The notes: generated from the sequence alone by a model not told the origin. Positions 31,604-41,617 are shown, counted from the stretch's first letter. The stretch is DNA of 64,000 nt from Gemmatimonadales bacterium (GCA_039794085.1 JBDIWC010000010.1:29210-93209); one strand, 5' to 3'. Numbers and translations: made by a program.

Positions 31604-31766
31604 CTGCGCAAACACCCTGTACGGGCCGTTCACGAACGGCGCCCGTACGTCGTTCAGGGTGCACCCCTCCTTCCCGGGGGGGACAGGTGACCCTATCCAT
31701 GACAATCTCATTGCAGTAGCATGACAACCCCCGCCACCAGTCTTGATTCTGGGACCGGGTGGATCC

Positions 31767-32921
31767 ATGGTCCTCATGTCTCCGGCCCGGCGGCTCCCCC
31801 TGTTTTCCACCTGTCTCTTCTGCCGCACCCCCTTTCCCGCCAACCGGGAGATCGAGTACCTCCCGGTGGGCCGGCGCCTTGCCCATGATGAGGCCCGGGG
31901 GCGCCTCTGGGTGGTCTGCGGCACCTGCGGACGATGGAACCTCGCCCCGTTCGAGGATCGCTGGGAGGCGATCGAGGAGTGCGAACGCCACTTCCGCCGG
32001 ACCCACGTCCGGGTCTCCACCGACAACATCGGTCTCGCCCGGCTGTCCGAGGGTCTCGAACTGGTCCGGATCGGAGATCCCCTCCGCCCCGAGTTTGCGG
32101 CGTGGCGCTACGGACAGCGCTTTCAGCGCCGACACCGGAGGCGCCTGCTGCATGCGGTGGGGAGCCTCGGCGGCGCCGGCATGGTGGGCGCCCTGCCGTT
32201 CGTGGCGGGGCTTCTCGGTCCACTCCCCGCCGTGGCACTCGGCACCACCGCGGCCATCGCCGCCTTCCGTCGCTGGAAGGATCCCGCCGTCACCGTCATC
32301 GTGGACGGTGACGGCCATCGGGAGGAATTGCAGCTCAATCTGGCCCACGTGCGGGGGGCCGTTCTCATCCGGGACGATACCGTGCCCGACGGGTGGGGGC
32401 TCATGGTCGAGCATCCGGTCGAGACCCGCCCCTCCGGATTCCGGCGCCTCCTGGAGCCGCTCGCGATCGGGTCCACCACTCTGAGCGGGGCCGACGCTCG
32501 GCTCGTCGCCGCTCTGGTTCTCCCCCGGGTGAACGCCCTCGGCGGTGACACGGTAGACGTCGACGAAGCGGTTCGCTGGCTCGAGGCCGCCGGGGGCCCC
32601 TCCCGCGCCTTCCGAACCCTGGCGTGGGCTCCCCTCGTGCGTCCGGCGCTCGACGCCCACCGCGGGACCATGCTCTCGATGCATCCCGGGGTGCGCCTTG
32701 CGCTGGAAATGGCCCTCCACGAGGACGAGGAACGCCGCGCCCTCCAGGGTGAGCTCTCCATCCTCGCCTGGGCCTGGCAGCGCGAGGAGCGCCTGGCCGG
32801 GATTGCCGACCGCCTGGGAATCACCACCGACCTCGCCGAACAGATCGATCACCTCCGGGACCGGGTGGCGCGGGCGGGATCTCCCTCCCTCCAGACCGGA
32901 CCCGACGCGCCCTCCACGTGA
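31767..32921 (+). CDS. Hypothetical protein with N-terminal Zn-ribbon (CLFC...CGTC) and central hydrophobic segment
   Basis: Long ORF with two CxxC motifs; start uncertain (31743/31767/31776). Confidence 0.7.
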   Translation: MVLMSPARRLPLFSTCLFCRTPFPANREIEYLPVGRRLAHDEARGRLWVVCGTCGRWNLAPFEDRWEAIEECERHFRRTHVRVSTDNIGLARLSEGLELVRIGDPLRPEFAAWRYGQRFQRRHRRRLLHAVGSLGGAGMVGALPFVAGLLGPLPAVALGTTAAIAAFRRWKDPAVTVIVDGDGHREELQLNLAHVRGAVLIRDDTVPDGWGLMVEHPVETRPSGFRRLLEPLAIGSTTLSGADARLVAALVLPRVNALGGDTVDVDEAVRWLEAAGGPSRAFRTLAWAPLVRPALDAHRGTMLSMHPGVRLALEMALHEDEERRALQGELSILAWAWQREERLAGIADRLGITTDLAEQIDHLRDRVARAGSPSLQTGPDAPST

Positions 32922-32940
32922 CCCCCGCAGCAAGCGACTC

Positions 32941-33165
32941 AACCAGGAAAAGGCACGAAAGGACACGAACGGGGAAGGAGGGGGGCACCTTTCGTGTCGT
33001 GTGTTTTCGTGTGTTTCGTTGTTCCAGTTGTCCCCCGCGCCGGATCACCGGCGGGTGACTCCGGGGCTCCGGGTGTCGTACTCGGAGCTAGCGGGGAGCA
33101 AGAGAGTCAACCATTTCGTGTGTTTTCGTGTATTTCGTGGTTCTGGTTGTCCTCCTCGCCGGATC
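32941..33165. repeat. Nonamer-type (CACGAAA) repeat tracts in inverted and direct arrangement
   Basis: GGCACGAAAGGACACGAA opposed by two TTTCGTGTGTTTTCGTGT.TTTCGT..TTC..GTTGTCC copies (about 32998-33047 and 33114-33165). Confidence 0.75.
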
Positions 33166-33279
33166 CCCCCCTCCCGGGGATGACGATTCATCACAGACTC
33201 CGTAGATTCCGGAGGGCTGGCCGCTCGGGCCCGTCCCGGGATTTCCGTCCGCCGCCCCTTCCTGGAGTCACCCTCGCGG

Positions 33280-35262
33280 ATGATCCGCAGCCGAAAGTGG
33301 ATGGCCCTTGCCGCGGGGTTGGTGACCGCCGCCGGGGTCATTGCCCTGACCGGGCTCCTCTCCGTGCGGGATCGGACCTACGTGCGCCAGCAGCTGCGTT
33401 CGGAGGCCGAGCGCACCAGGGACGTGGTCGACGCGAAGGTCGAGGAGATGACCCGGGCCACCGAGCGGCTGGGAGAGCAGTGGATCAACCGGGCGGGGAT
33501 GGCGGAACCGGAGTGGGTGGTCGAGGCGGAGGCCACCCTCCGGGATGTTCCCGGTCTCGAGGGGCTGGTGTGGCTCGACACGAACCTGGCCCCGCGCTAC
33601 CGGGCCTTCCGGGCGAGCGGGGCCGGGGGAGACGACCGGATCCAGGCACTGACACCGGTGCTGCGGCGACTCGACCCGCCGGGGTCGGGACGACCGCGCA
33701 CCCTGGTGCTGCCCGCGGGAGGAGAAGGTGAGGGTGTGGTGGTGGTCCCCCTCTGTTACCTCGCCCAATGCGATGGGTACCTCGTCGGGACCTTTTCCGC
33801 GTCCAGCGTTTTCGAGGCCGTGAGCGACAATCTCCCGGCGGGCTTCGAGGTGATCCTGCATTCGGGGGATCGGGTGATCGCCAGGCACCCGGTCCCGCGG
33901 GACTCCTCCGCGGTTGAGCGGAGGCCCGCCGATCGTTCGGTGATGAGAACCGCGCCGGCCTCCCTCGGCTGGCTTTTCACCCAGGTTCCCTCCGACGCCA
34001 CCCTCACCTCGCTCCGATCCCGGCTCCCGGTCGCCGTGCTGGCCGGAGGGCTCGCCACCGCGCTCCTGCTCACCCTGGCCCTCTGGTTCGCCGCCGTGTC
34101 CGATGAACACCGCCGCGCGGCGGACGCCCACCGGACCCTGGTGCAGGAGAGCGAGCGGCGGTTCCGGGCCACCTTCGACAGCGCCTTCCAGATGGTGTGG
34201 CTCCTCTCGCCCGAGGGGAACCTCCTCGAAGCGAACGCCACGGCCCTCGCGGGGGCGGGACCCACGGGGGAAGACCTGCGGGGCCAACCCCTCTGGGACA
34301 CGCCCTGGTTTGTACCGCCCGCCGATGCCGAGAGGATGCGCGGCGCGGTCGAGGAGGCCAGGACGGGTCGGGTGGTGCGGTACGAGGATACCCTGTCGGG
34401 GGGAGGCGGAGACGGAACCGTCCATGTTCTGGATCTGTCGATCAAGCCGATCCGGGACGCGGAGGGAGGAGTGGGCCAGGTGCTCTGCGAGGGGAGGGAC
34501 ATCACCCAGCGCCGCCGCGCCGAAGCGGCGATCACCGAGTTGCAGACCCTGAGCTCAATGGGGCGGATGGCGGCCCGCGTGGCCCACGAGATCAACAACC
34601 CCCTTGCCGGGATCCGCAACTCTTTCCTCCTGGTCAAGGACGCCGTGCCACCCGATCATCCCCATTACCGCTTCGTCGGGGCGATCGAGAGGGAGATCGA
34701 ACGGATCGCCGTGGTGACCCGGCAGTTGTACGAGACCTACCGGCCCGATCAGGAACTGCATGCCGCCTGTGCCGTGGGCACCGTGCTCTCCGACGTCGCG
34801 GCACTCCTGCACCAGGTCAACCGGGAGCGGGACGTGGCCATCACCGTCGACACCACCGGGATATCGGGAACCGTCCCGGTGGCGGAAGCGGTCGTCCGCC
34901 AGGTGGCCTACAACATCATCCAGAACGCGGTCGAGGCCTCACGTCTCGGAGGAACCGTTCGGGTGAGTGCCCGCGTGGAGGGGGGGGGGGAGGGAAAGGG
35001 AGACGGGACCCTCCTCCTCATCGTGGAGGACGACGGGCCCGGGATACCACCCGCGATCCGGGACCGGATCTTCGAACCCTTCTACAGCACCAAGACCGGG
35101 CTCTCCACCGGGGGCATGGGGCTCGGCCTCGCCCTGGTGCGCCGCTCGGTCGAAGCCTTGCACGGATCGATCATCATCGGGGACGGTGTGGACGGCGGAG
35201 CCCGGTTCGCAATCCGGATCCCCCTGTCCGGGACCACCCCCGTTTCGGGAGAGGACACATGA
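33280..35262 (+). CDS. Membrane-bound PAS-domain sensor histidine kinase
   Basis: Two TM segments, PAS (ERRFRATFD...EGRDIT), AHEINNPL H-box, DDGPGIP, GMGLGL. Confidence 0.92.
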   Translation: MIRSRKWMALAAGLVTAAGVIALTGLLSVRDRTYVRQQLRSEAERTRDVVDAKVEEMTRATERLGEQWINRAGMAEPEWVVEAEATLRDVPGLEGLVWLDTNLAPRYRAFRASGAGGDDRIQALTPVLRRLDPPGSGRPRTLVLPAGGEGEGVVVVPLCYLAQCDGYLVGTFSASSVFEAVSDNLPAGFEVILHSGDRVIARHPVPRDSSAVERRPADRSVMRTAPASLGWLFTQVPSDATLTSLRSRLPVAVLAGGLATALLLTLALWFAAVSDEHRRAADAHRTLVQESERRFRATFDSAFQMVWLLSPEGNLLEANATALAGAGPTGEDLRGQPLWDTPWFVPPADAERMRGAVEEARTGRVVRYEDTLSGGGGDGTVHVLDLSIKPIRDAEGGVGQVLCEGRDITQRRRAEAAITELQTLSSMGRMAARVAHEINNPLAGIRNSFLLVKDAVPPDHPHYRFVGAIEREIERIAVVTRQLYETYRPDQELHAACAVGTVLSDVAALLHQVNRERDVAITVDTTGISGTVPVAEAVVRQVAYNIIQNAVEASRLGGTVRVSARVEGGGEGKGDGTLLLIVEDDGPGIPPAIRDRIFEPFYSTKTGLSTGGMGLGLALVRRSVEALHGSIIIGDGVDGGARFAIRIPLSGTTPVSGEDT

Positions 35263-36014
35263 GACCCTTGGGACGGATACTCATCGCCGATGACGAGGAA
35301 ACCTTCCTGGAGAGCACCGCCGCCCTCCTGGAGCGGGAAGGGTATACCATCCGAACCGCCCGGACCGGGGCCGAGGCGCTCGCGGCGATCGAAGCCGAAC
35401 CGTGCGATCTCCTCATCAGTGATCTCGAGATGCCGGGAAACGCCGACCTGGAGCTGGTGCGCCGAATTGCCGACACCGCGGGAGGCCTCCCCGTCATCAT
35501 CGTCACCGGCTACCCCTCCATCCGATCCACCATGGCCGCCATCGAGCTGCCCGTGGCCGCATATCTCATTAAGCCGGTCGCCTTCGAGGAGCTTCTCCCC
35601 CGGGTGCGGAACGCTGTGGCGCGGTTCCGGAGCTACCAGTCGGTGCGCGAGGCGGAGCAGCGGCTCGAGGAGTGGCGGGCCCAGATGAGCGTCCTCTCCT
35701 CCCAGGCGCCCGCCCGGGCCATCGGGGCCTCCTCGGTGGATGCCTTCCTCGCCCTCACGGTCAGGAATGTCATGGGGTCGCTCTCCGACTTGGAACAGTT
35801 GGGAAAGGCGCTCGCCACCCAGCAGCCCCCCGGGGAGCCGTGCCAGATCATGAACTGCCCCCGGGGGAACCAGCTCCGGGAGGGAATCCGGGAAACCATC
35901 GAAGTGCTCGAAGCCACCAAGGATTCCTTCAAGTCCAAGACCCTGGCCAACTTGCGCCATCGCCTTGAGTTGTTGCTCCAGCATGAGGATGGGCCCGCTT
36001 CCCCAAGCTCTTGA
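35259..36014 (+). CDS. Response regulator (REC domain plus unrecognised C-terminal domain)
   Basis: ILIADDE, SDLEMPG, VTG, YLIKP; ATGA overlap with kinase. Confidence 0.88.
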   Translation: MRPLGRILIADDEETFLESTAALLEREGYTIRTARTGAEALAAIEAEPCDLLISDLEMPGNADLELVRRIADTAGGLPVIIVTGYPSIRSTMAAIELPVAAYLIKPVAFEELLPRVRNAVARFRSYQSVREAEQRLEEWRAQMSVLSSQAPARAIGASSVDAFLALTVRNVMGSLSDLEQLGKALATQQPPGEPCQIMNCPRGNQLREGIRETIEVLEATKDSFKSKTLANLRHRLELLLQHEDGPASPSS

Positions 36015-36039
36015 CAGCGCGGCGTCCTTGTCCCATATT
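36011..36039 (+). promoter_or_regulatory. Sigma70-type promoter
   Basis: TTGACA (36011-36016), 17 bp spacer, CATATT (36034-36039). Confidence 0.55.
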
Positions 36040-36046
36040 ACTTCCC

Positions 36047-36167
36047 AGTACACAACGCAACTCGGCTGGATCTGAGCCGAGTGCCTTGCCGGGCGAAGCT
36101 CAGGGCTTCGTCAGTCGAAGGCGCGGATGCTCCCCTCGGGGGAACGCATCGGCGCCTTTTGTGTTTT
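36047..36167 (+). ncRNA. Candidate structured RNA or attenuator leader with three hairpins ending in an intrinsic terminator
   Basis: Stems 36060-36082, 36092-36112 and 36118-36158 followed by TTTTGTGTTTT. Confidence 0.45.
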
Positions 36168-36190
36168 CGGCCACCGGAAGGAGCAGGCCT

Positions 36191-36373
36191 ATGGCTGCCA
36201 AGGTCACCCTGATGAGAGGTGTGGAAAGCGCTCGGGAATTGGGCGCGCGGGCCGTGACACCCGACATGTCACCGGGAAATGTTCTGAGTCTGGTGCGGGC
36301 GTATCGGGACGCCTGTCTCGATGAGGGGGAAGTCCTGGAGCCGGTTTTGGAGTCGCTGGCCCGGACGGCCTGA
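36191..36373 (+). CDS. Small hypothetical protein (60 aa)
   Basis: SD GGAAGGAG upstream of ATG at 36191. Confidence 0.55.
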   Translation: MAAKVTLMRGVESARELGARAVTPDMSPGNVLSLVRAYRDACLDEGEVLEPVLESLARTA

Positions 36374-36471
36374 CACCCCGGGAAGGATCGGTGCCGGGGA
36401 GGGGACGGGACCGAAGGATTGCAGGTTGGTCACGGTTGTTGTGGTGAAGTTTTCTCACGAAGGAGGACGAC

Positions 36472-37410
36472 ATGCGGAAAGTGTTCACGTTTTCCCTGCT
36501 TGGCGCGCTTGGCCTGATGGCCTGCGCCTCCCCGAAGGATGCCGATGGCAATCCGGTGGCCCGGATTCCGACCGACTCCACCGCGTACTATCGGGTCCAG
36601 TTCGAGCAGGCCTCGGCGCTCTCCGCCGAGAAGGACAGTCTGATGACCGAACTCTCCGAGGTCACCCGGCTGGTGGCGGATGTCAACACCGAACTCGCCA
36701 CGATCTCGACATCGCCGAATTCGGTGAGGCCGGCGGTCGATGGCGAGGGGTCGGCTCTCAACGCCCGGACCGAGATGCTGGCCAAGGTCAAGGATCTCAC
36801 CGCGCGGGTCAAGCGGAGTGAGTCCCGGCTGGCCACCACCTCGCGCCGGCTCCGGAACCTGACCTCCGAGTCGGACAGCATGAAGGTCGTGCTCTCGTCC
36901 TACGCGGCGAGCATCGCCGACCTGCAGAGCCTGGTGGAGGGCCAGAAGGTCACCATCGAGACCCTGACGGGCGAACTCGAGCAGGTGCGGGAGCTCAACA
37001 CCCGCCTCGCCTCCTCGAACGCGGAGCTGGTGGACACCGTGGGCGCGTTGGAGACCCGCGAGAACACCGTCTACTACCTGGTCGGGACCAAGAAGGATCT
37101 CCTGAAGCAGGGCGTCATCGTCGAAGAGGGTGGCACCCGCTTCCTGCTCTTCACCCGCACGGGTGAGACCCTCCGGCCGGCGGCGAAGCTCGATCCGAGC
37201 CTCTTTCAGGCGGCCGATCGCCGTCAGTTGACCGAGGTGATGCTCCCGAATCCGGACAAGGAGTACCAGATGGTGTCGCGCCAGGATCTGGCCTACGCCA
37301 CGGCTCCCGAGATGGAACCCGGCAAGGGCAAGTTCCGCGGCAACCTGCAGATCGTGCAGCCGGCGGCCTTCTGGGGCGCCTCGAAGTACCTGATCATCGT
37401 CGAGAAGTAG
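36472..37410 (+). CDS. Coiled-coil lipoprotein
   Basis: SD AGGAGG, lipobox LMAC, long coiled coil, C-terminal NTVYYLVGTKKDL..GVI..EGG domain. Confidence 0.8.
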   Translation: MRKVFTFSLLGALGLMACASPKDADGNPVARIPTDSTAYYRVQFEQASALSAEKDSLMTELSEVTRLVADVNTELATISTSPNSVRPAVDGEGSALNARTEMLAKVKDLTARVKRSESRLATTSRRLRNLTSESDSMKVVLSSYAASIADLQSLVEGQKVTIETLTGELEQVRELNTRLASSNAELVDTVGALETRENTVYYLVGTKKDLLKQGVIVEEGGTRFLLFTRTGETLRPAAKLDPSLFQAADRRQLTEVMLPNPDKEYQMVSRQDLAYATAPEMEPGKGKFRGNLQIVQPAAFWGASKYLIIVEK

Positions 37411-37520
37411 CGGCGACCGGCGGTCTCCCCGGCACGTGGGGACGACCGATCGGCTGAGGTTGTTGGTTGTACGACGGCGGAATCACTCACCCGGGTGGCT
37501 CCGCCGTCGTGCGTCTTGGG

Positions 37521-37807
37521 GAAGCGTGAAGTTCGACGTTCGAAGTTTAAAGTGTAAAGAAACCGAACATCGGAGCGTCATCCCGGGCGAAAGAGGAGCG
37601 TACCGTGCCAACGGAGCGTCACCCCGGCGAAAGAGGAGCGTACCGTGCCAACGGAGCGTCACCCCGGCGGACGCCGGGGTCCATTGTAAGGCGTGGAGGA
37701 GGGGCCGGGCGCCACCGTGCCCCTCCTGGAGGTCGGCGTCCGGATCACACGGGGATGAATCCCGCGCGATGCACCTCTCACACTTCGAACTTCACACTTC
37801 GCACTTC
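37521..37807. repeat. Composite repeat: heptamer brackets enclosing a 40-bp tandem duplication and palindromes
   Basis: GAAGTTC-type units at 37521-37559 (forward) and about 37772-37807 (reverse); tandem units 37571-37611 and 37612-37651; CGTC palindrome 37657-37683. Confidence 0.85.
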
Positions 37808-37813
37808 CTCCAG

Positions 37814-38332
37814 TTAGATCTCCGTCTTTCGCTGGCCGACCATGCGGAGCGCCGCGTTGATGGCGACGTGCAGAATAACGTATGCCATGATCGCGATGAG
37901 GATCGGCACGACCAGCGTGAACCCTCCGTCGGCGCTCTGGCTTGGTACGATGCCGCGGAACGGCGCATAGAACGGGCCGGACAATGTGTTGATGAAGCGC
38001 ACGAAGCCGTTCGCGGACTGGGCGGCGATCAGGGCCAGGACAAAGCGAACCGCGAGCAGGGTATAGACGACGTAGAAGGCGTAGTCCAGGAATTGGGATC
38101 CCCGCGCCGCCGTGCGCGCCTGACCGAGTGTGCGCTCGCCCCTCACGGTCTCATCAACCGCCTTCTCCCGCATCTGTCCCGCGACCTCGGCCACCTTCGA
38201 CCGTCCGTCCGGTGTCGCGACCGAGGCCCGGTCGGAGATTTCCGCATTGACGCGGCTCTCGACCTTCGACTTCACCGCATTGTGCTGCGCGGCCTGACGG
38301 GCATCGTCGTCTGTGACCTTGCTGTCCTGCAT
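37814..38332 (-). CDS. YggT-like membrane protein
   Basis: LAVRFVLALIAA..NGFVRFI..LSGPFYAPFRGI; SD GAGGAG. Confidence 0.7.
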   Translation of the reverse strand: MQDSKVTDDDARQAAQHNAVKSKVESRVNAEISDRASVATPDGRSKVAEVAGQMREKAVDETVRGERTLGQARTAARGSQFLDYAFYVVYTLLAVRFVLALIAAQSANGFVRFINTLSGPFYAPFRGIVPSQSADGGFTLVVPILIAIMAYVILHVAINAALRMVGQRKTEI

Positions 38333-38469
38333 GACTCCTCCCCGGTTGAGTTGAGGACTGGGGCATGATTGCTCCCGGGAAGGGCGCGGGACAATCGCTC
38401 AAGCGGCCTAGTCCGAAATGGGGAGTGGCGCGCGACGCCGCTCCGCGACGGCGGGGCCGAGCCTCGGAA

Positions 38470-38612
38470 CGTCACCCCGGGCGAACGCCGGGGTCCACCG
38501 GTGAAGTCTGAAGTTCGAAGTGTGAAGTGTGAAGGGGCTCACGCGGAGGCGCGGAGGAAGCCGGGGCCCGTTCCGGTCATCGGAGCGTCACCCCGGCGGA
38601 CGCCGGGGTCCA
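38470..38612 (+). repeat. Composite repeat: CGTC palindrome, heptamers, nonamers, CGTC palindrome
   Basis: Same module order and sequences as the units at 52153-52491. Confidence 0.85.
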
Positions 38613-38644
38613 TTGGCAGATGTGAGGGAGGGGAACGACGACCA

Positions 38645-39256
38645 TCATTCGGTTCGATTTCTGTCGCGGGTCGCGAGCCATACCGTGTGCCCGCCGCAGT
38701 GCGGGTCATGCCCGATGTACCCGCTCACGACGAATCCGTTCGTCGTCAGCAGGTGCTCATATTCCGCGGTGGCCAGACTGGAGTGGTACAGCGGTTCCTC
38801 GCAGAAGGACCCGATCGCCTCGCCGTGCTCGGTGCCGCTGGTGAACATCAAGGCCGCGCCGGGCCGGGCATGGGCGGCAAAGCGAGGGAACATCGCGCGC
38901 TGGTCGTCCGGCCCCAGGTGAAAGAAGCTGTCCCACGCCACGATCCCATCGACGCGCTGTCCCAGGTTCACCGTGCGCATGTCGCCCAGGAGCCACTCGG
39001 AACCGGGGAAGCGTTCGCGGCAGAGGGCGATCAGGGTGGGTGAGGAATCGATGCCAACGACGCTGACTCCGCACCCGAGGAAGTAGCGCGCGATCGGCTC
39101 TCCCATTCCGCAGCCCAGATCGAGGACCGACCCCCCGGCGGGCAGGAGGGCCAGGAACCGATCCAGCCAGGCCCGTTCCTGAAGCGAGCGGCCCCGGTCG
39201 CGGTCATAGGCGTGCGCGTGGCGCTCGTAGAGGTCACGAACGGCGTCTGTGCACAC
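38645..39256 (-). CDS. Class I SAM-dependent methyltransferase
   Basis: VLDLGCGMGEP, GDMR, AWDSFFHL; GTG start at 39256 inferred. Confidence 0.85.
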   Translation of the reverse strand: MCTDAVRDLYERHAHAYDRDRGRSLQERAWLDRFLALLPAGGSVLDLGCGMGEPIARYFLGCGVSVVGIDSSPTLIALCRERFPGSEWLLGDMRTVNLGQRVDGIVAWDSFFHLGPDDQRAMFPRFAAHARPGAALMFTSGTEHGEAIGSFCEEPLYHSSLATAEYEHLLTTNGFVVSGYIGHDPHCGGHTVWLATRDRNRTE

Positions 39257-39269
39257 TCGGCCTACTCGT

Positions 39270-40508
39270 TCACCGGTGTTTCGGACGGATCGGGGATGTC
39301 CTCCGGCTGTCCCCACTCCACGCGGGCATTCCGCCACACCGCCACGGGATGGCCGTCACGCTTGTGGCGCAGGAGTGCCTCCTGGATGGCCCGTCGGAGG
39401 GCGTCCAGTCGGCGACATCGAGCGTCGGCTCGTGGCTGCGAGGTTCGGAAACGATCGCGGGTCTGCGCATCGATGCTTTCGCCTGATCGTGACGGGGCGC
39501 CGCGGTACCCTCCTCGGATGGAATGAGAGCGAGCTGGCTCGGGCGGAGACGGGTCGAGTCCTCGGAGGGGGGGCGGTCAAGAACAGCGTTCAGTCTTTCG
39601 GCATCGACCGGATCAGGCCACGGCTCCGCTCCTTTCCTGGCGAGCGCCTCGAGACCCGCGGAGGCGGCCCCGCTGGTCCGCAGGTAGATGGGCACCAGTT
39701 GGAGCTTGTCCAACTGTTCGGTTGCGCCGGCCCAGGTGCCGCCCTTGTTCAGGTCGGCGCTCACGACGAGCGCGGCATCGGCCAGGGCGTAGATCACCTT
39801 GTTGCGCTGCATGGCATGACCGACATTGAATCCCGCACTCGGATCGTAGGGGGAGATCAGCACCAGGCGATTCTCCAGCAGCAGGTTTCGGTTCTCGCGG
39901 TGCACCACCGCCTTCTCGAGGCTGTCCGCGAGCACTCCCGTCGCCCGGCCTCCCGCGTCCAGCGCACCACGCATGGCAGCCTGGTCGATGCCCCGGGCGC
40001 CGCCGGACACCAGGGTTCGTCCGGCGGACGCCACGAGCCCGCCGATCCCGCGAGTGTACTCGATCAGGGCGTCCTCCACGTTGCGGGAGCCGACAACGGC
40101 CACGCCGCCGCTGTCCAGGATGGTCCGGTCACCGCAGCCGTAGAGAACGGCCGGTGAATCCTCCCGCAATCGCGCCTTCACCCTCTGCGGATACGTCGCG
40201 TCGGCTCGGCTCACCACCCAGATCGCACGGGCCTGCCAGCGCTCGACGGCCTGGCTCAGGAGGAAGCCTCGTGCGAGCAGCCGCTCCAGGCGGGCCTTGT
40301 CGATCACCGTGCCGCAGTCGCCGAGAAGGGGACCGGTGGTGGGGGCCAGAAAATCGGCCGGCTGGGCGTTCCGCTCGCGAAGGTTCCGAGCCAGCTTCCG
40401 GTACTCGGAGGGGGTGAGGAGGTCGGCCGATCGGTGGTCACGGCCCGCGACCAGGGGGGCGGTGAGCAGCAGGATCGCCTTGGTGTTCGCGGAAAGTGCG
40501 CCGGTCAC
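39270..40508 (-). CDS. dprA: DprA/Smf-like DNA-processing protein (island-type); C-terminus may be non-native
   Basis: [37 protein letters not shown]. Confidence 0.85.
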   Translation of the reverse strand: MTGALSANTKAILLLTAPLVAGRDHRSADLLTPSEYRKLARNLRERNAQPADFLAPTTGPLLGDCGTVIDKARLERLLARGFLLSQAVERWQARAIWVVSRADATYPQRVKARLREDSPAVLYGCGDRTILDSGGVAVVGSRNVEDALIEYTRGIGGLVASAGRTLVSGGARGIDQAAMRGALDAGGRATGVLADSLEKAVVHRENRNLLLENRLVLISPYDPSAGFNVGHAMQRNKVIYALADAALVVSADLNKGGTWAGATEQLDKLQLVPIYLRTSGAASAGLEALARKGAEPWPDPVDAERLNAVLDRPPSEDSTRLRPSQLALIPSEEGTAAPRHDQAKASMRRPAIVSEPRSHEPTLDVADWTPSDGPSRRHSCATSVTAIPWRCGGMPAWSGDSRRTSPIRPKHR

Positions 40509-40728
40509 TGGCCTGCTCCGGCCTGCGCCAGGGTCAGGGGCCACACCACCCCACTTCCGTGCTTCCGAAGGAGGCAGGCGGCGGCGGTAGGCGTCCAGCG
40601 CGAGTCCAGAATCGCGGGTTCTCGGAAGGCTTCGCTGTCTGCAATTCGGTCCAACAGGAAGCAGGTGTGAAACCACGGGATTTGTGCAGGAGCCTCCTGC
40701 ACGAACGGATGCTCCAGCCACGCCGCGG
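40505..40728 (-). pseudogene. Chimeric relic: DUF1016/YhcG-like fragment joined to the last ~33 codons of a RecQ-PRTase-like gene
   Basis: [27 protein letters not shown] then [32 protein letters not shown], with GTGA overlap onto dprA. Confidence 0.55.
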
Positions 40729-40731
40729 CGT

Positions 40732-41364
40732 TCAGGTCTTCCCCTTCAGCCTCAGGAGGAGCTCTTCGACGCCGGATTTGAGCGCCGGGACATCCCTGCT
40801 GGCGGTCTCCCAGACAACGTCGGCGTCAATGCCGAAGTATCCATGCACGAGGACGTTGCGCATGCCGACGATTCTGGGCCATTCGATCTGCGGCGCGAGA
40901 TCACGTATGTCGTCGGGAACCGCCCGCGCCGCCTCGCCCAGGATCTGGAGGTTCCTGACGAACCATCCCTGCAACAGTTCGTCCTGCTCGAAGGCGGCCT
41001 TCCCTCGGTGAAGGTGGCGCTCAACAGCCGCGATGGCCTCGAGCATGTCCCGCAAGCGTTCTCGGGGGTCTCTCACTAGCGAGACCGCCTCCTGGAGCAC
41101 CCGGTCCCGGATGCGCGCCTTGATCCCTCGCTCGGTCACCACGTCAACCGGGAGGCCCAGGAGACGCTCCAGCTCGTACTGCAAACCTCCCACATCGAAC
41201 AGGCTGCGTCCCGGTTCCATCTCCACGAGGAAATCGATATCGCTCCGGGCGTCGGCGTCCCCGCGTGCGACGGAACCGAACACCCGCGGGTTGCGCGCAC
41301 CGTGGACGGCGCACAGGCGCAGGATGTCCTCGCGGTTCGCCCTCAGTCGTTCCTCAATGACCAT
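40732..41364 (-). CDS. In-frame fusion of MNT nucleotidyltransferase antitoxin and HEPN/DUF86 toxin
   Basis: [15 protein letters not shown] and [10 protein letters not shown] in one ORF. Confidence 0.85.
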   Translation of the reverse strand: MVIEERLRANREDILRLCAVHGARNPRVFGSVARGDADARSDIDFLVEMEPGRSLFDVGGLQYELERLLGLPVDVVTERGIKARIRDRVLQEAVSLVRDPRERLRDMLEAIAAVERHLHRGKAAFEQDELLQGWFVRNLQILGEAARAVPDDIRDLAPQIEWPRIVGMRNVLVHGYFGIDADVVWETASRDVPALKSGVEELLLRLKGKT

Positions 41365-41617
41365 GCCCGAACTCCTTCCGTGCGATCACGGCGCGCCCGG
41401 ACTCGCCGCCTTGACCTGCTTCCGGGTGCGCTGCGGGCTTGTGTTAACTCCCACAAGATTAGCCCCGTGCCGCCGAATCCGGAAACCCCATTCGGGGTGG
41501 GGCGAGGTCGCTCCGGCCCGCCCTCAACCCCAGATTGCCATTGTCCTGGTTGTCCCCCTCCAGGGTTGCTGGTTGTTTCGATGACGGCCGGTGGGGGCGC
41601 GGCGGCGTCAAGATCCG

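Noticed and set aside
6200..31611. Long antisense ORFs (e.g. 6200-8422, 8572-11280, 21064-22944, 24337-26442, 29956-31611)
   Set aside because: These are shadow frames of well-supported + strand genes in high-GC DNA, with no motifs of their own.
37571..37683. Possible CRISPR array in the 40-bp tandem units and other repeat clusters
   Set aside because: Units are adjacent duplicates without unique spacers of regular length, and no cas genes are present.
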